From Promethearchaeota archaeon (lineage in GTDB: Archaea > Asgardarchaeota > Lokiarchaeia > Sigyniarchaeales > SOKP01), in NCBI GenBank assembly GCA_048938025.1, contig JBHLMP010000022.1:1-55075 (forward strand): a stretch of DNA of 55,075 bases. Reading direction: 5' to 3'. The translations under genes were made by a program, and so were the position numbers. The notes under the pieces were generated by a model, which ran no database searches, was not told where the DNA came from, and worked only from the letters and a program-made list of their open reading frames with translations. Position 1 is the first letter of the stretch, and the number at the start of each line of letters is the position of its first letter. Positions 20,559 to 31,007 of this stretch are shown here, in pieces.

Positions 20559-20959
20559 TATCTTTTCAAATTATTTTTGACAAATTCAACAATCGTTTTT
20601 AATTCAGTACCTGGACCATAAAATCCTTTCAATCCACATTTTTCTAAAAAAGGTTTATCTTCGTCTGGTATAATCCCACCAACCGCAACTAATACATCAT
20701 CAATGCCATTTTCTTTTAACTTTTCCATAATGACAGGACATAGAGCATTATGAGCACCACTTAACATTGATAGCATCACAGCATCAGGATCTTCTTGAAT
20801 GACTGTGTTTACAATATCATCAGGGGTTTGGTGAATACCTGTATATATTACTTCCATTCCTGCGTCTCTTAAAGCTCGCGCAAGGACTTTTGCGCCTCGA
20901 TCATGTCCATTTAAACCTGGTTTGCAAACTAAAATCTTAATCTTTCTCTTATCTCCCAT
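20558..20959 (-). CDS. Acyl-CoA mutase small, cobalamin-binding subunit
   Basis: KPGLNGHDRGAK, LRDAGMEVIYTG, SMLSGAH, GGIIP. Confidence 0.93.
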   Translation of the reverse strand: MGDKRKIKILVCKPGLNGHDRGAKVLARALRDAGMEVIYTGIHQTPDDIVNTVIQEDPDAVMLSMLSGAHNALCPVIMEKLKENGIDDVLVAVGGIIPDEDKPFLEKCGLKGFYGPGTELKTIVEFVKNNLKR

Positions 20960-20972
20960 TGGTTACACCTTA

Positions 20973-22607
20973 TTAAAAAATCGAGTCTTCATGATATATT
21001 CCGAACACTTCTTTTAATGCATTTATGATTTCTCCAATTGATGCATATTCTCTAACAGCATTAATTATATGAGGCATTAAATTTTCAGTTCCTCTAGCCG
21101 CTTCTTTTAATCTATCTAAAACTTTATTTAGTTTTTCGTTATTTCTTTCGGCTTTAATTTTAAGAAGTTCTTCGACTTGTTCTTCAGCTACCTTCTCATC
21201 AATCTTTAATAATGGTGTAGTACAAGGTTCTCTCAATTTGAGATCATTCACGCCGACAATAATTCTCTCTTGTCTTTCAATTTCTTGCTGATATTTGTAG
21301 GAGGCATTGGCAATTTCTCTCTGGAAAAAATTAGCTTTAATAGCGGGGATTACACCTCCAAGTTCATCAATCCTATCAAAATATTCCTCTGCTTCTTCTT
21401 CCATTTTATTAGTAAGCCATTCTATATAATAAGAACCCGCTAAAGGATCAACAGTATCAGCAACTCCGGACTCATGAGCAATAATTTGCTGCGTTCTTAA
21501 TGCAATTTTAGCAGCCTTCTCTGTTGGTAGGCATAATGCCTCGTCGAAGCTATTACTATGTAAGGATTGGGTTCCACCCAAAACAGCAGCTAGTGCTTGA
21601 AGTGTAACCCTAGCAATATTATTTTCAGGTTCTTGAGCAGTTAATGAAACCCCTGCGGTTTGAGTATGAAAACGCAATCGCATTGATTCACGTTTTTTTG
21701 CCCCATATTTATTTTTCATTCTTTTAGCCCAAATTCTTCTTGCAGCTCTATATTTACAGATTTCTTCAAAAAAGTTATTATGAGAATTAAAAAAGAAGGA
21801 CAACCTTGGAGCAAAATCATCAACATCTAAACCTCTTCCAATTGCAGATTCAACATAAGCAAATCCATCTGCTAACGTAAAGGCTAATTCTTGAACTGCT
21901 GTTGATCCTGCTTCTCTAATATGATATCCCGAGATGGAAATAGTGTACCATTGAGGTACATATTTCGTACAATACTCAATTGTATCAACAATTAATCGCA
22001 TTGAAGGCTCAGGAGGAAAAATCCAAGATTTTTGTGCGATATATTCTTTTAATATATCATTTTGTATTGTACCACGTAGTTCATCAGGAGTATGCCCTTG
22101 TTTTTCTGCGGTTACAATATACATAGCAAGTAATATAGATGCTGGTGCATTTATAGTCATCGAAGTAGATATTTTAGATAAATCTATTCCATCAAATAAA
22201 GTCTCCATATCTTTTAATGTATCTATACTAACTCCTTCTTTTCCAATTTCACCCAAAGCTTTTTCATCTAAAGCTTCAATACCATATATAGTATGTAAAC
22301 TAAATGCAACACTTAAACCAGTTTGACCATGTTCTAACAAGAATTTATATCTTTGATTAGTTTGATCAGCGCTTCCAAATCCAGCAAATTGTCTCATCGT
22401 CCAGAATCTCCCTCGATACATATTTTGATAAACACCACGCGTAAATGGAAATTTTCCAGGTTCTCCTAAATCCATAACATAATTTAAGTCTTTTATATCA
22501 TCCGGTGTATATAATCGTTTAATCTCAATGCCTGATAGATTTTTAAATTTTTCTCTTCTTTCTTTTTTAGTTGGCCTTAAAGTTTTTTGTTCATCAATTT
22601 CAGTCAT
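20973..22607 (-). CDS. Acyl-CoA mutase large subunit, isobutyryl-CoA-mutase-like specificity residues
   Basis: FPFTRG, WTMRQFAGF, QNDILKEYIAQK, ISGYHIREAG, HTQTAG, GGTQSLHSN. Confidence 0.92.
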   Translation of the reverse strand: MTEIDEQKTLRPTKKERREKFKNLSGIEIKRLYTPDDIKDLNYVMDLGEPGKFPFTRGVYQNMYRGRFWTMRQFAGFGSADQTNQRYKFLLEHGQTGLSVAFSLHTIYGIEALDEKALGEIGKEGVSIDTLKDMETLFDGIDLSKISTSMTINAPASILLAMYIVTAEKQGHTPDELRGTIQNDILKEYIAQKSWIFPPEPSMRLIVDTIEYCTKYVPQWYTISISGYHIREAGSTAVQELAFTLADGFAYVESAIGRGLDVDDFAPRLSFFFNSHNNFFEEICKYRAARRIWAKRMKNKYGAKKRESMRLRFHTQTAGVSLTAQEPENNIARVTLQALAAVLGGTQSLHSNSFDEALCLPTEKAAKIALRTQQIIAHESGVADTVDPLAGSYYIEWLTNKMEEEAEEYFDRIDELGGVIPAIKANFFQREIANASYKYQQEIERQERIIVGVNDLKLREPCTTPLLKIDEKVAEEQVEELLKIKAERNNEKLNKVLDRLKEAARGTENLMPHIINAVREYASIGEIINALKEVFGIYHEDSIF

Positions 22608-22849
22608 AAGATATTCCTTATAAGTTTAAATTTCTCTTGGTAAAATAATAATTGATTTATGTTAGTTTTTTATAGGGATTTAAGATTATTAATTTTTTTT
22701 GTTGAAGTTTTATAAGGATTTTGATCAGTTCATTTAAATCAGTTCATTAAGGATTTATTACAAAAAACATTAATAGGATATATATTTAATTCATGAACTA
22801 TGGATTTATTTTAATTTAAGGTTCATTCATAATTAAGGTATAAATATTT

Positions 22850-23587
22850 ATGACAAAACTCATATATTTAGGTTGTTTAAGTCAAAAGAATTATGAATCT
22901 ACATGTAAAAATGCAATAAAAATTATTAAATTCTTAGATAATGAATATAAAGTATTTGATGATGCACCATGCTGTGGTTCCTTAGCATTTAATGTCTCTC
23001 CAGATGAGGTATTAAAAACTCATGTTCAATACGTAAATAATTGGTTTAAAGCTAACGATATAAATGAACTTGTCACAATTTGTGCTGGATGTTATAGTTA
23101 TCTTACAAAATATTATAAAGAATTTCTGGGAGCTGATTTTAATGTTGAAGTAAAACATTTACTCCAATTTATCACAGAACCGGGGAATTTACAAAAGCTA
23201 GATCTACAGAATTCAGGAAAGAGGTTAAATATAAATTACCATGATGCCTGTCATCTAAGGAATGCTTTAAAACCAATTATAGAGGAATCAAGAATTATCT
23301 TAAAAAGTATTAAAAATGTAGATTTTAATGAAATGGATTATAATAGAACAAATAGTATTTGTTGTGGAGCTGGTGGAGGAGTTTATTCTATTTTTAAAGA
23401 AAATAGTGACTTCAATGCTAAAGCTATTTTTGATAATATGAAAAAAGGAAAAATCTTGTTAACTGCTTGTCCATTTTGTTATACTGCCTTGAAACGCATA
23501 AAGGAAGAAAATAATATAAAAAAATCGATTATCAAATTTGAAGATTTTATTGCTAATCTAATGGAAGGAGTTGATCCCATCAATTGA
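22850..23587 (+). CDS. CCG-domain Fe-S protein (LutA/HdrD/GlcF-like)
   Basis: GC, PCCGS, CAGC, YHDACH, ICCGAGGG, TACPFC. Confidence 0.85.
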   Translation: MTKLIYLGCLSQKNYESTCKNAIKIIKFLDNEYKVFDDAPCCGSLAFNVSPDEVLKTHVQYVNNWFKANDINELVTICAGCYSYLTKYYKEFLGADFNVEVKHLLQFITEPGNLQKLDLQNSGKRLNINYHDACHLRNALKPIIEESRIILKSIKNVDFNEMDYNRTNSICCGAGGGVYSIFKENSDFNAKAIFDNMKKGKILLTACPFCYTALKRIKEENNIKKSIIKFEDFIANLMEGVDPIN

Positions 23588-24888
23588 ATGATAAAGCAAA
23601 AGAGTTATATGAAGAGCTTAAGGATAAGGTAAATAGAATAAAAGAAGAAGATAGCCTAGAAAGTCATTATTGGAATTTCTGGAAACTAGGTTGTTTTTTA
23701 AAGACGAAAGCTCATGATATAAAAAATGTATATGAAGATACAAGCCGAGAATTTGTAGAGAAATATAAAGAACAACTAATAAAAATGAGAGAACAAGTCC
23801 TTGAAAATTTAGATTATTATGTAGAGAAATGTATAAATGTGATGCGTAAAGCAAATAATTTTAAAGTATATTATGCTAAAACGAATGAAGAAGCTCACCA
23901 CATTTTTATGGAACAGCTTGGAGATAATAAAGTTGTTTACAAATCTAAATCGAATGAGGCAAAGGATATTGGGATAATCGATTTTTTGAAGGAAAATGAA
24001 GTTATTATTAAAGAAACAGATTTAGGGGATGTTTTAGTTCAATTATTCGATTATAAATTACCTAGTTTTCAAGTAGGACCCGGAGCTCATTTTTCAATCG
24101 AAGATATAGTAACAAAAATAAAAAAAGTGTACGGGGTAGAATTAGAACCAAAACCAAGTGCAATTGTTGATTATTTTAGAAAGACATATAGAAAAGAATT
24201 ACTTAATGATGTAAAAGTTTCTTTAACATCAGCTAATGCAATATCTGCTGAGGATGGGACGATTATATTAGGTGAAAATGAAGGAAATATAAGTTTATTA
24301 ACTCGAGCAACTGAAAAGCATATTGTAGTTTGTGGAATCCATAAAATTGTACCCACAGTTTTAGACGCTGTGCTTGTAGCAAAAATACAATCTAGAATAA
24401 ACAATGTGCCTTTTAATTATATCAATCTTATTTCAGGTCCTTCTAGTACATCAGATATACGAGGTATAAATGTTTCAGGAATGTATGGAGCAAAAGAGGT
24501 TGTTGTTATTCTCGTTGATGAGTGGCGTACAAAAACTATAAAAGAAAATTTATTTTATAAGGATTACTTGAAATGCATCTCATGTAGGACCTGTAATTTT
24601 GTGTGCACAGCAGCACGTGCTTTTGGTAATATATTTGCTTCGAAATATGGATGGGGGGCTACTGCTATTCTAACAGACTATATTCACAATGGAATCGAAG
24701 CTGCTGTTGAAGATGGATTATTTTTTTGTACTAATTGTGAAAACTGTTATCATTGGTGCCCCGTTTCAATAAATATAGGTGAAATTATGAAATCTATAAA
24801 AAAAGAAGCAAATATAAAAGGATTATGTCCTCCCCCTTTAAAGGAATATCAGCAAAAGATACTTAAAGATAAGAATCCATTTAAATAA
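23584..24888 (+). CDS. LutB-like LUD-domain 4Fe-4S protein
   Basis: KSKS, ETDLG, ENEGN, ISGPS.TSDI, CISCRTC, CTNCENCYHWCP; TTG overlaps upstream TGA. Confidence 0.85.
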   Translation: MNDKAKELYEELKDKVNRIKEEDSLESHYWNFWKLGCFLKTKAHDIKNVYEDTSREFVEKYKEQLIKMREQVLENLDYYVEKCINVMRKANNFKVYYAKTNEEAHHIFMEQLGDNKVVYKSKSNEAKDIGIIDFLKENEVIIKETDLGDVLVQLFDYKLPSFQVGPGAHFSIEDIVTKIKKVYGVELEPKPSAIVDYFRKTYRKELLNDVKVSLTSANAISAEDGTIILGENEGNISLLTRATEKHIVVCGIHKIVPTVLDAVLVAKIQSRINNVPFNYINLISGPSSTSDIRGINVSGMYGAKEVVVILVDEWRTKTIKENLFYKDYLKCISCRTCNFVCTAARAFGNIFASKYGWGATAILTDYIHNGIEAAVEDGLFFCTNCENCYHWCPVSINIGEIMKSIKKEANIKGLCPPPLKEYQQKILKDKNPFK

Positions 24889-24895
24889 AAAAAAA

Positions 24896-25777
24896 TCATG
24901 TAGAGCGGGTTATAATAAAATCAACCAATTTAACCTGGTTTTTAACATTCTCGTAAACTTTTGGAGCTTTTTCTTCTAAATAATCCTTAAAAACCACCCA
25001 ATTCTGCTTCTTATCTGAAGGCGCTCCATCTAATAATTTTTTGACTTCATTAAAATCCCATACAAAAATAAGCGCATTGTTAATTCTATTAGCATCATCA
25101 CATAATAGAAAAAGATAATAATCGTTCAAATCCCAAGGATTGAGAACATGAACTGGTTTATTTCCATCCCCTGCTTTCTTGCCTCTTAATGCACGAGTAT
25201 CTACCTGTGTTGGTAATACCATATTAAAAGTTATATTCTCTTGCTTATATTCTGCAGCCATCGATTTTTGTAAACCTACCACAGCATATTTACTTGCAAC
25301 ATATGCTGCGAATTTTGATGGAGCATTAGGATATGCTTCACTTCCAGTAATTATAAATCTTGCTTTATCCTTCTTATCATCCTTCTTCATGTAAGGATAA
25401 GCTGCTTTAAATGTATAGAACACTCCAAGTATATTAATATTTAAGATCTCAGAAAATTTCTCATTCATAAATTCATGAGTTGTCCACATTCGAGAATATC
25501 CAGCGTTGGCAACAATTCCATTAAGTAAACCTAATTTATTATGAAATGTTTGAAATGCTTCTTCAACTTCTTCAAATTTAGTTATATCTGCTGGTTTAAC
25601 AACCACTTTTACTCCAGCAGCTAATTCTTCAATTTCCTTCTTCGTAGTATTTAATTCTTCTAAAGTTCTAGATGTTAATCCAATATTAGCACCTTCATTA
25701 GCACATGCTATTGCTATCGCCTTCCCTATCCCTCTACCTGAACCAGTTATTACAATATTCTTTCCTTTTAACAACAT
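24896..25777 (-). CDS. Short-chain dehydrogenase/reductase
   Basis: TGSGRGIG, ANAG, YVASK. Confidence 0.92.
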   Translation of the reverse strand: MLLKGKNIVITGSGRGIGKAIAIACANEGANIGLTSRTLEELNTTKKEIEELAAGVKVVVKPADITKFEEVEEAFQTFHNKLGLLNGIVANAGYSRMWTTHEFMNEKFSEILNINILGVFYTFKAAYPYMKKDDKKDKARFIITGSEAYPNAPSKFAAYVASKYAVVGLQKSMAAEYKQENITFNMVLPTQVDTRALRGKKAGDGNKPVHVLNPWDLNDYYLFLLCDDANRINNALIFVWDFNEVKKLLDGAPSDKKQNWVVFKDYLEEKAPKVYENVKNQVKLVDFIITRST

Positions 25778-25871
25778 GATTTTTTATCGAAATTTGATTA
25801 AAATGATTAATTATATAAAAAAGTAATAAGAATTTTAAATTTTGAGAGTAATTCTAAAATCCTATTACTTA

Positions 25872-26999
25872 TTAGACTTTATATGCTTCATTAATAGCAG
25901 AACATCCCCCACACCTTACACACCCAGCTATGTTTTCTAAAGGATTAACTCCATATTGCTTCATTAACTTTCCAGCATTAAGATAAATTTCCAGTAAATT
26001 TTCATAATTAGTTATAGGGAGATCTTTTTTTCCTGGAATTGAGCGAACTGGAGTAATAAATGGAATAACTCCTAGTGAAATTACCTTTTCGATGTCCTTA
26101 ATAAAATTCTCTTTAGATTCCCCAAAACCAGTTAAAACATACGTTTCTACTTGATTTTTACCAAAAACCTCTAAGGCATAAATCCAATTTTTTTTAAATA
26201 CATCATAGGGGATATGAGCCTTTCCAGGAGTAATTTTTCTTCTTAAATTCTCATCTAAAATTTCAATATGTATACCTATTGTATCAGCACCAGCTTCTTT
26301 CAATTTGTTTATATAATCCAAATCCTCTAAAGCTTCAATTTGTACGTGCAATGGGATATCTGGGTGATTCATTTTTATACCCCTCAATAATTCAATGTAT
26401 CGATTTGCGCCTTTATCAACTGTTTCTTCTGTGCCACTGGTTAATGTCATATGAGAACATCTGCCTTCTTTTTTTGCTGCTGTGATAACTTCTGACATCT
26501 GAATATAATTCTTTTCTAAAATAGTAGTGTCGTATGCTAGACTTAATTCAATTCCACAAAACTTGCAGGCTTCCCCACATGCCCAATATGTACATTTTTG
26601 ATATATGGTACTTGCTAAGCAATCAATTCCATGTACTAAAGCGATCTTTCTCATCTCAATGCCATCAGACGTTTTTAACTCATAAAATCGTGGGTTGGTA
26701 ACCAGCTTTACCTTCCCAAAATTTTTACCTTTTATTTCATCATAAATTTTAAAGTATTCTTCCTTTTTTTCTTTAAAAATTAAATTGGTTTTTTGTTTAT
26801 CGTTCCATAGAACAGTATTTACTAATGTTTTATCTTCTAATAAGAAATATCGACCTCCAAGTGGTCCCGCCCCTCCTTTACGACCAAATTCAATTTCAAA
26901 TCCTTGGTCTTTATAATGTTCAATTAATTGTCTGTCTAAGAAAATTCCTTTACATAATAATTCAGTCTTTTGTTCTAATGCTGTAAGAGAATCTATCAT
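25872..26999 (-). CDS. Radical SAM protein, MSMEG_0568-like family
   Basis: GRKGGAGP, HGIDCLASTIYQKC..W...CKFC, C-terminal AGCVRCGGCS. Confidence 0.8.
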   Translation of the reverse strand: MIDSLTALEQKTELLCKGIFLDRQLIEHYKDQGFEIEFGRKGGAGPLGGRYFLLEDKTLVNTVLWNDKQKTNLIFKEKKEEYFKIYDEIKGKNFGKVKLVTNPRFYELKTSDGIEMRKIALVHGIDCLASTIYQKCTYWACGEACKFCGIELSLAYDTTILEKNYIQMSEVITAAKKEGRCSHMTLTSGTEETVDKGANRYIELLRGIKMNHPDIPLHVQIEALEDLDYINKLKEAGADTIGIHIEILDENLRRKITPGKAHIPYDVFKKNWIYALEVFGKNQVETYVLTGFGESKENFIKDIEKVISLGVIPFITPVRSIPGKKDLPITNYENLLEIYLNAGKLMKQYGVNPLENIAGCVRCGGCSAINEAYKV

Positions 27000-27212
27000 A
27001 TCAATAAAATTAGTTTATTATTAATCTTCATGGATTTAAATTATCTCGCTTATTTAATTTTAAGTGTTATTAAAAGAAAGAAAATTTTATAAACTAATCG
27101 ATAGTATTCATATTTAATCAATTTTTATAACAATTCTCTTTTTCTAGGAAAAATTTTTTAATTATTCGTTATTATTTCATCTATATTTTAACTTAAAAAA
27201 GTGGAAAAAGAA

Positions 27213-27845
27213 ATGGCTCATCGGCGTCCTTGGAGGTGCTACAGTTCGTGGTCGCGTAGACCCTATCAACATAAAAGAAGCTCTAATCGTAGACGGGAAT
27301 TTGCACGAGGTGGAGCTCAGTCCAAAATAGTTCGTTATTGGGGTGGAAACAAGGAAGCTCCATGGGAGGATTGGGACCTTGTTATTGGGTTGAAGGTTAA
27401 TTCTCAAGTCCAGATTTCCTCAAATACGCTCGAAGCTATAAGAATTACAATAAATGGTGTTCTTCAAAGAAAACTAGGTAGACAGAATTATCGGCTTCGA
27501 ATTCGTTCTAAGCCATTTCAGAAGATTCGGGAGAATCGTATGTTGGCGTTTGCTGGTGCAGATCGGGTACAATCAGGTATGAGGAATTCTTTTGGGAGAT
27601 CTACGGGAGTATGTGCCAGAGTTAAAGCGGGTCAAATTATTGCGGATGTAGGTACTCATATAAGAAATCTTCCCTTAGTGAGAGATAGACTTAGAGTAGC
27701 AAGTATGAAGGTACCTAGTTCATGTCAAATTGTTATTATTAACTATAAGACTCCAGAACTCTTAAAACAATCAGGATTGCCATTATATGACGATAAAAGA
27801 AGAAGAGAAGTACCTCTTTATGAATTAGAATTTGCTACTACTTAA
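27213..27845 (+). CDS. rpl10e: Ribosomal protein uL16 (L10e)
   Basis: RRPWRCY, LEAIRI, RENRML..AGADRVQSGMRNSFG, ARV..GQ. Confidence 0.95.
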   Translation: MAHRRPWRCYSSWSRRPYQHKRSSNRRREFARGGAQSKIVRYWGGNKEAPWEDWDLVIGLKVNSQVQISSNTLEAIRITINGVLQRKLGRQNYRLRIRSKPFQKIRENRMLAFAGADRVQSGMRNSFGRSTGVCARVKAGQIIADVGTHIRNLPLVRDRLRVASMKVPSSCQIVIINYKTPELLKQSGLPLYDDKRRREVPLYELEFATT

Positions 27846-27848
27846 GTT

Positions 27849-29315
27849 TTATCCCCAAAATGGTTTCCAGCGATTCCATATGTCCCATCGCTGTATATTT
27901 TTAATATTATACAAGAACGCTTTTTGTCTATATCTACTTTTTAATATTTTATAAATTTGACGGGATATATAAACTGGTCGCTGCATGAACTTTCTATGAG
28001 CATCTTTTATTCTTAGCATTAGTTCACTCAAAGGTATATTAAGAATAGCAGTACCAACTTCCCAACATTCATCAGGGTTGATTCTTTTTTGATCAACCAT
28101 TTGATCCCAAATCCAATTTCCTGGAATTATGCCTAGAATGTGAAATTGTGGAAAATCAATATCCAAGTTTAGTGCTAAATTAAATGTATCAATTATTTCC
28201 TCGCGTGTCTCAATTGGCGCACCTACTATAAAATTTGCTAGAATAATATCAATCCCAACCTTTTTCGAATTCTTTATTGCATTATAGACTTGATTTAGTG
28301 TAATTCTTTTATTATACCAGTCTAAAACTCTTTGTGAGCCACTTTCGACTCCATAACTAATGATCTTGCAGCCCATATGTTTCATTGCAGTCAGAAGCTC
28401 CCTTGAGCTCTGAGTTACCCTCCCCTCAGCCATCCAATTTATATCTATCTTTTCTTTTCTAATTAAATAAGATAGTTCCATTAATCTTTTTTTACTTATA
28501 GTAAAGTTATCATCAACCCAATACAAATTTTGATAACCTTGATTCTCAAGTAGAGAAAGTTCTTCTACTATATTTTTTGGAGATCTTGGACGCCATCTGC
28601 CCCAAAACATAGCGCTTGAGCAAAATGTACATTGAAATGCACATCCTCTTGAAGAAGAAGCAGTAGTAAAATTTCCTAGCGAAATATCAAGACCTTCGAC
28701 TTCACTTTTATATTCTACATTTCCTAATAATTTTCTATTTGGAATTGGAAGTGTGTCAATATTTTCTATTAAAGGTCTATCTTCATTCCTAATAATTCTC
28801 CTATTACTTCGATACGATACACCTCTTATATCTTCAAAGCTATGACCTTTTTCAGTTTTTTCAGCAATTTCTAGAAGAGTGTTTTCCCCCTCTCCTCTAA
28901 TGCAAGCATCAATGAAGGGGTATTTATTTAATATTCTGATATCATTAAAAGTTGCATGATAATTCCCAAATATAATTTTAACATTAGGATTTATTTCTTC
29001 TTTTACTCTTTTAGCAATTTCTGCAGAACTTATCCCCGTTCCTGAGGTGGTTATCGTTGAAAAACCTAAAATATCTGGATCCTCTTGTTTTATCCATTGA
29101 AGAGTTTCGTTAATTGAAGTTCCTCTCGCAAATTGATCGTAAATAGATGTATCAAAATTATTCTCAGTTAGATAAGTCGCGAGGTATAGTATCCCCATTG
29201 GCGGGAATCCATAAAAATCTATTTTTTCTTTAACATATTTTTCGGCTTCTTTAACAGTATTTAGGAAAATACCTTCTTTATCTGGGGGTTTTGGAAAAAT
29301 TAAAGATACTTTCAA
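27849..29315 (-). CDS. Cobalamin-binding (class B) radical SAM protein
   Basis: PPMGILYLA, GNYHAT, RGEGE, SRGCAFQCTFC, VDDNF, GVESG. Confidence 0.9.
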   Translation of the reverse strand: MKVSLIFPKPPDKEGIFLNTVKEAEKYVKEKIDFYGFPPMGILYLATYLTENNFDTSIYDQFARGTSINETLQWIKQEDPDILGFSTITTSGTGISSAEIAKRVKEEINPNVKIIFGNYHATFNDIRILNKYPFIDACIRGEGENTLLEIAEKTEKGHSFEDIRGVSYRSNRRIIRNEDRPLIENIDTLPIPNRKLLGNVEYKSEVEGLDISLGNFTTASSSRGCAFQCTFCSSAMFWGRWRPRSPKNIVEELSLLENQGYQNLYWVDDNFTISKKRLMELSYLIRKEKIDINWMAEGRVTQSSRELLTAMKHMGCKIISYGVESGSQRVLDWYNKRITLNQVYNAIKNSKKVGIDIILANFIVGAPIETREEIIDTFNLALNLDIDFPQFHILGIIPGNWIWDQMVDQKRINPDECWEVGTAILNIPLSELMLRIKDAHRKFMQRPVYISRQIYKILKSRYRQKAFLYNIKNIQRWDIWNRWKPFWG

Positions 29316-29479
29316 AAAATCACTTTAAATGTGAATTAAAACATTATTATAATTAAAATCATTTTTTCAATTCTTATTAAAGATCTTTGTTGTATTATTA
29401 TTAAAGATGTTTGATGTATTTATTAAAAGAGATAAAAATTTGTAAAAATTATATACAAACTCAAAAAAAAGTTTGGTAA

Positions 29480-30940
29480 ATGAAATTACTTGATAAAGAA
29501 ATTCGAAAAGTAGCATTAGTAAATCCAAATTTTATTACCAAAAGCATTACAGATAAATTTACAATCCCTGCCTTAGGATTAGAATATCTTGCTGCTAATA
29601 TTTTAGATTTAGTTGAAGTGAAGATAATTAATGGTAAAGTAAGGAATTTAAACCTAATGGAAATAATGGAGGAAATTAATGAATTTAAACCAGATATTGT
29701 TGGAATTTCATGTTGTTTCACAACAGGAGTTAATTTTGCCTTAGAAATCGCGAAAGAGTCAAAAAAATTTGGATATTCAATAGTTTTAGGTGGGTGGCAT
29801 CCTAATTTTGCTCCTTCTGAAATTTTAAAGTATCCATTTGTAGATATTATTGTTCGAGGAGAGGGAGAAATAACCTTTCGGGAATTAACCGAAAATAAAA
29901 ATTTGGAAGAGATAAAAGGATTATCCTATAAAAATAATGGGAGCATTATTAACAATCCAGATCGCCCATTAATCAAAGATTTAAATAAGCTACCACTTCC
30001 AGCGAGAAAATTGAGATATAAAAAGTCTTATTTTCAAATCTTTCAGATGCCTATAGATGCGATTGAAACATCAAGGGGTTGCCCATTTAAATGCACTTTC
30101 TGTAATATTCATCTCTTTTATCGAGGAACTTATAGAACAAAAAGTCCAGAACGGGTTATCCAAGAGTTAAAAATCATTGCAAATGGAAAAAAACACATAA
30201 ATGTAATGATTGTGGATGATAATTTCACAACCGATATTAAAAGAGTAGAGAAAATTTGTGACTTAATAATCAAAGAGGGAATCAAAGTGGATTTAACTTG
30301 TCAAAGTCGCATTGATGTTATAAAAAAGAATCCAGATGTAATCAAAAAAATGTCTAAGGCAGGATTTTGGTGTTTTTTCCTTGGTATTGAGTCCTTTAAT
30401 CAAAAGGCTTTAAATAATATTCAGAAAAGAGTTCATTTAAAAGATATTTTTGAAGCAATCAAAATACTTCATGATAATGATATAGTTATAATTGGCAGTA
30501 TGTTGGTAGGTTCAAATCTTGATGAGGAAGAGAAAGATACTGATCTAATGATAAAAGTTGTTAAAAAATTAAGAATAGATTTTCCATTATATTCCGTAAT
30601 GACACCTTTACTAGGTACTAAATTCAGAGATATCTTGATTGAAAAAAATTATCTGGTATCTCATAATTGGAGTGAATACAATTTTACCACGGCAGTAAAT
30701 CGATTAAATAAACTATCAAAGGAAAAGCTTGACCAACTTTTATCTAAGGCTTATTATTATGGATATTTTCATAGGGGGTGGAAAGATACTTTAATGAGAT
30801 TATATAGGAAAAAAGGAATTAAAATATTTTTAAATACAAGAAAATTTAAAGCTCTTAAGGATCTTTTAGGTTTATTTAGAAATATTAGAAGAATGAAAAA
30901 TGAAATAGATTCAATATCCCCTACCATAAAATTTAATTGA
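29480..30940 (+). CDS. Cobalamin-binding (class B) radical SAM protein
   Basis: LGLEYLA, GGWHP, RGEGE, SRGCPFKCTFC, VDDNF, GIES, TPLLGT. Confidence 0.9.
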   Translation: MKLLDKEIRKVALVNPNFITKSITDKFTIPALGLEYLAANILDLVEVKIINGKVRNLNLMEIMEEINEFKPDIVGISCCFTTGVNFALEIAKESKKFGYSIVLGGWHPNFAPSEILKYPFVDIIVRGEGEITFRELTENKNLEEIKGLSYKNNGSIINNPDRPLIKDLNKLPLPARKLRYKKSYFQIFQMPIDAIETSRGCPFKCTFCNIHLFYRGTYRTKSPERVIQELKIIANGKKHINVMIVDDNFTTDIKRVEKICDLIIKEGIKVDLTCQSRIDVIKKNPDVIKKMSKAGFWCFFLGIESFNQKALNNIQKRVHLKDIFEAIKILHDNDIVIIGSMLVGSNLDEEEKDTDLMIKVVKKLRIDFPLYSVMTPLLGTKFRDILIEKNYLVSHNWSEYNFTTAVNRLNKLSKEKLDQLLSKAYYYGYFHRGWKDTLMRLYRKKGIKIFLNTRKFKALKDLLGLFRNIRRMKNEIDSISPTIKFN

Positions 30941-31007
30941 AATTCCAAATTTTCAACAACAATTCCAAACCTTTCTATGAGATAATTCAAAACACGTCAC
31001 TAATGCA

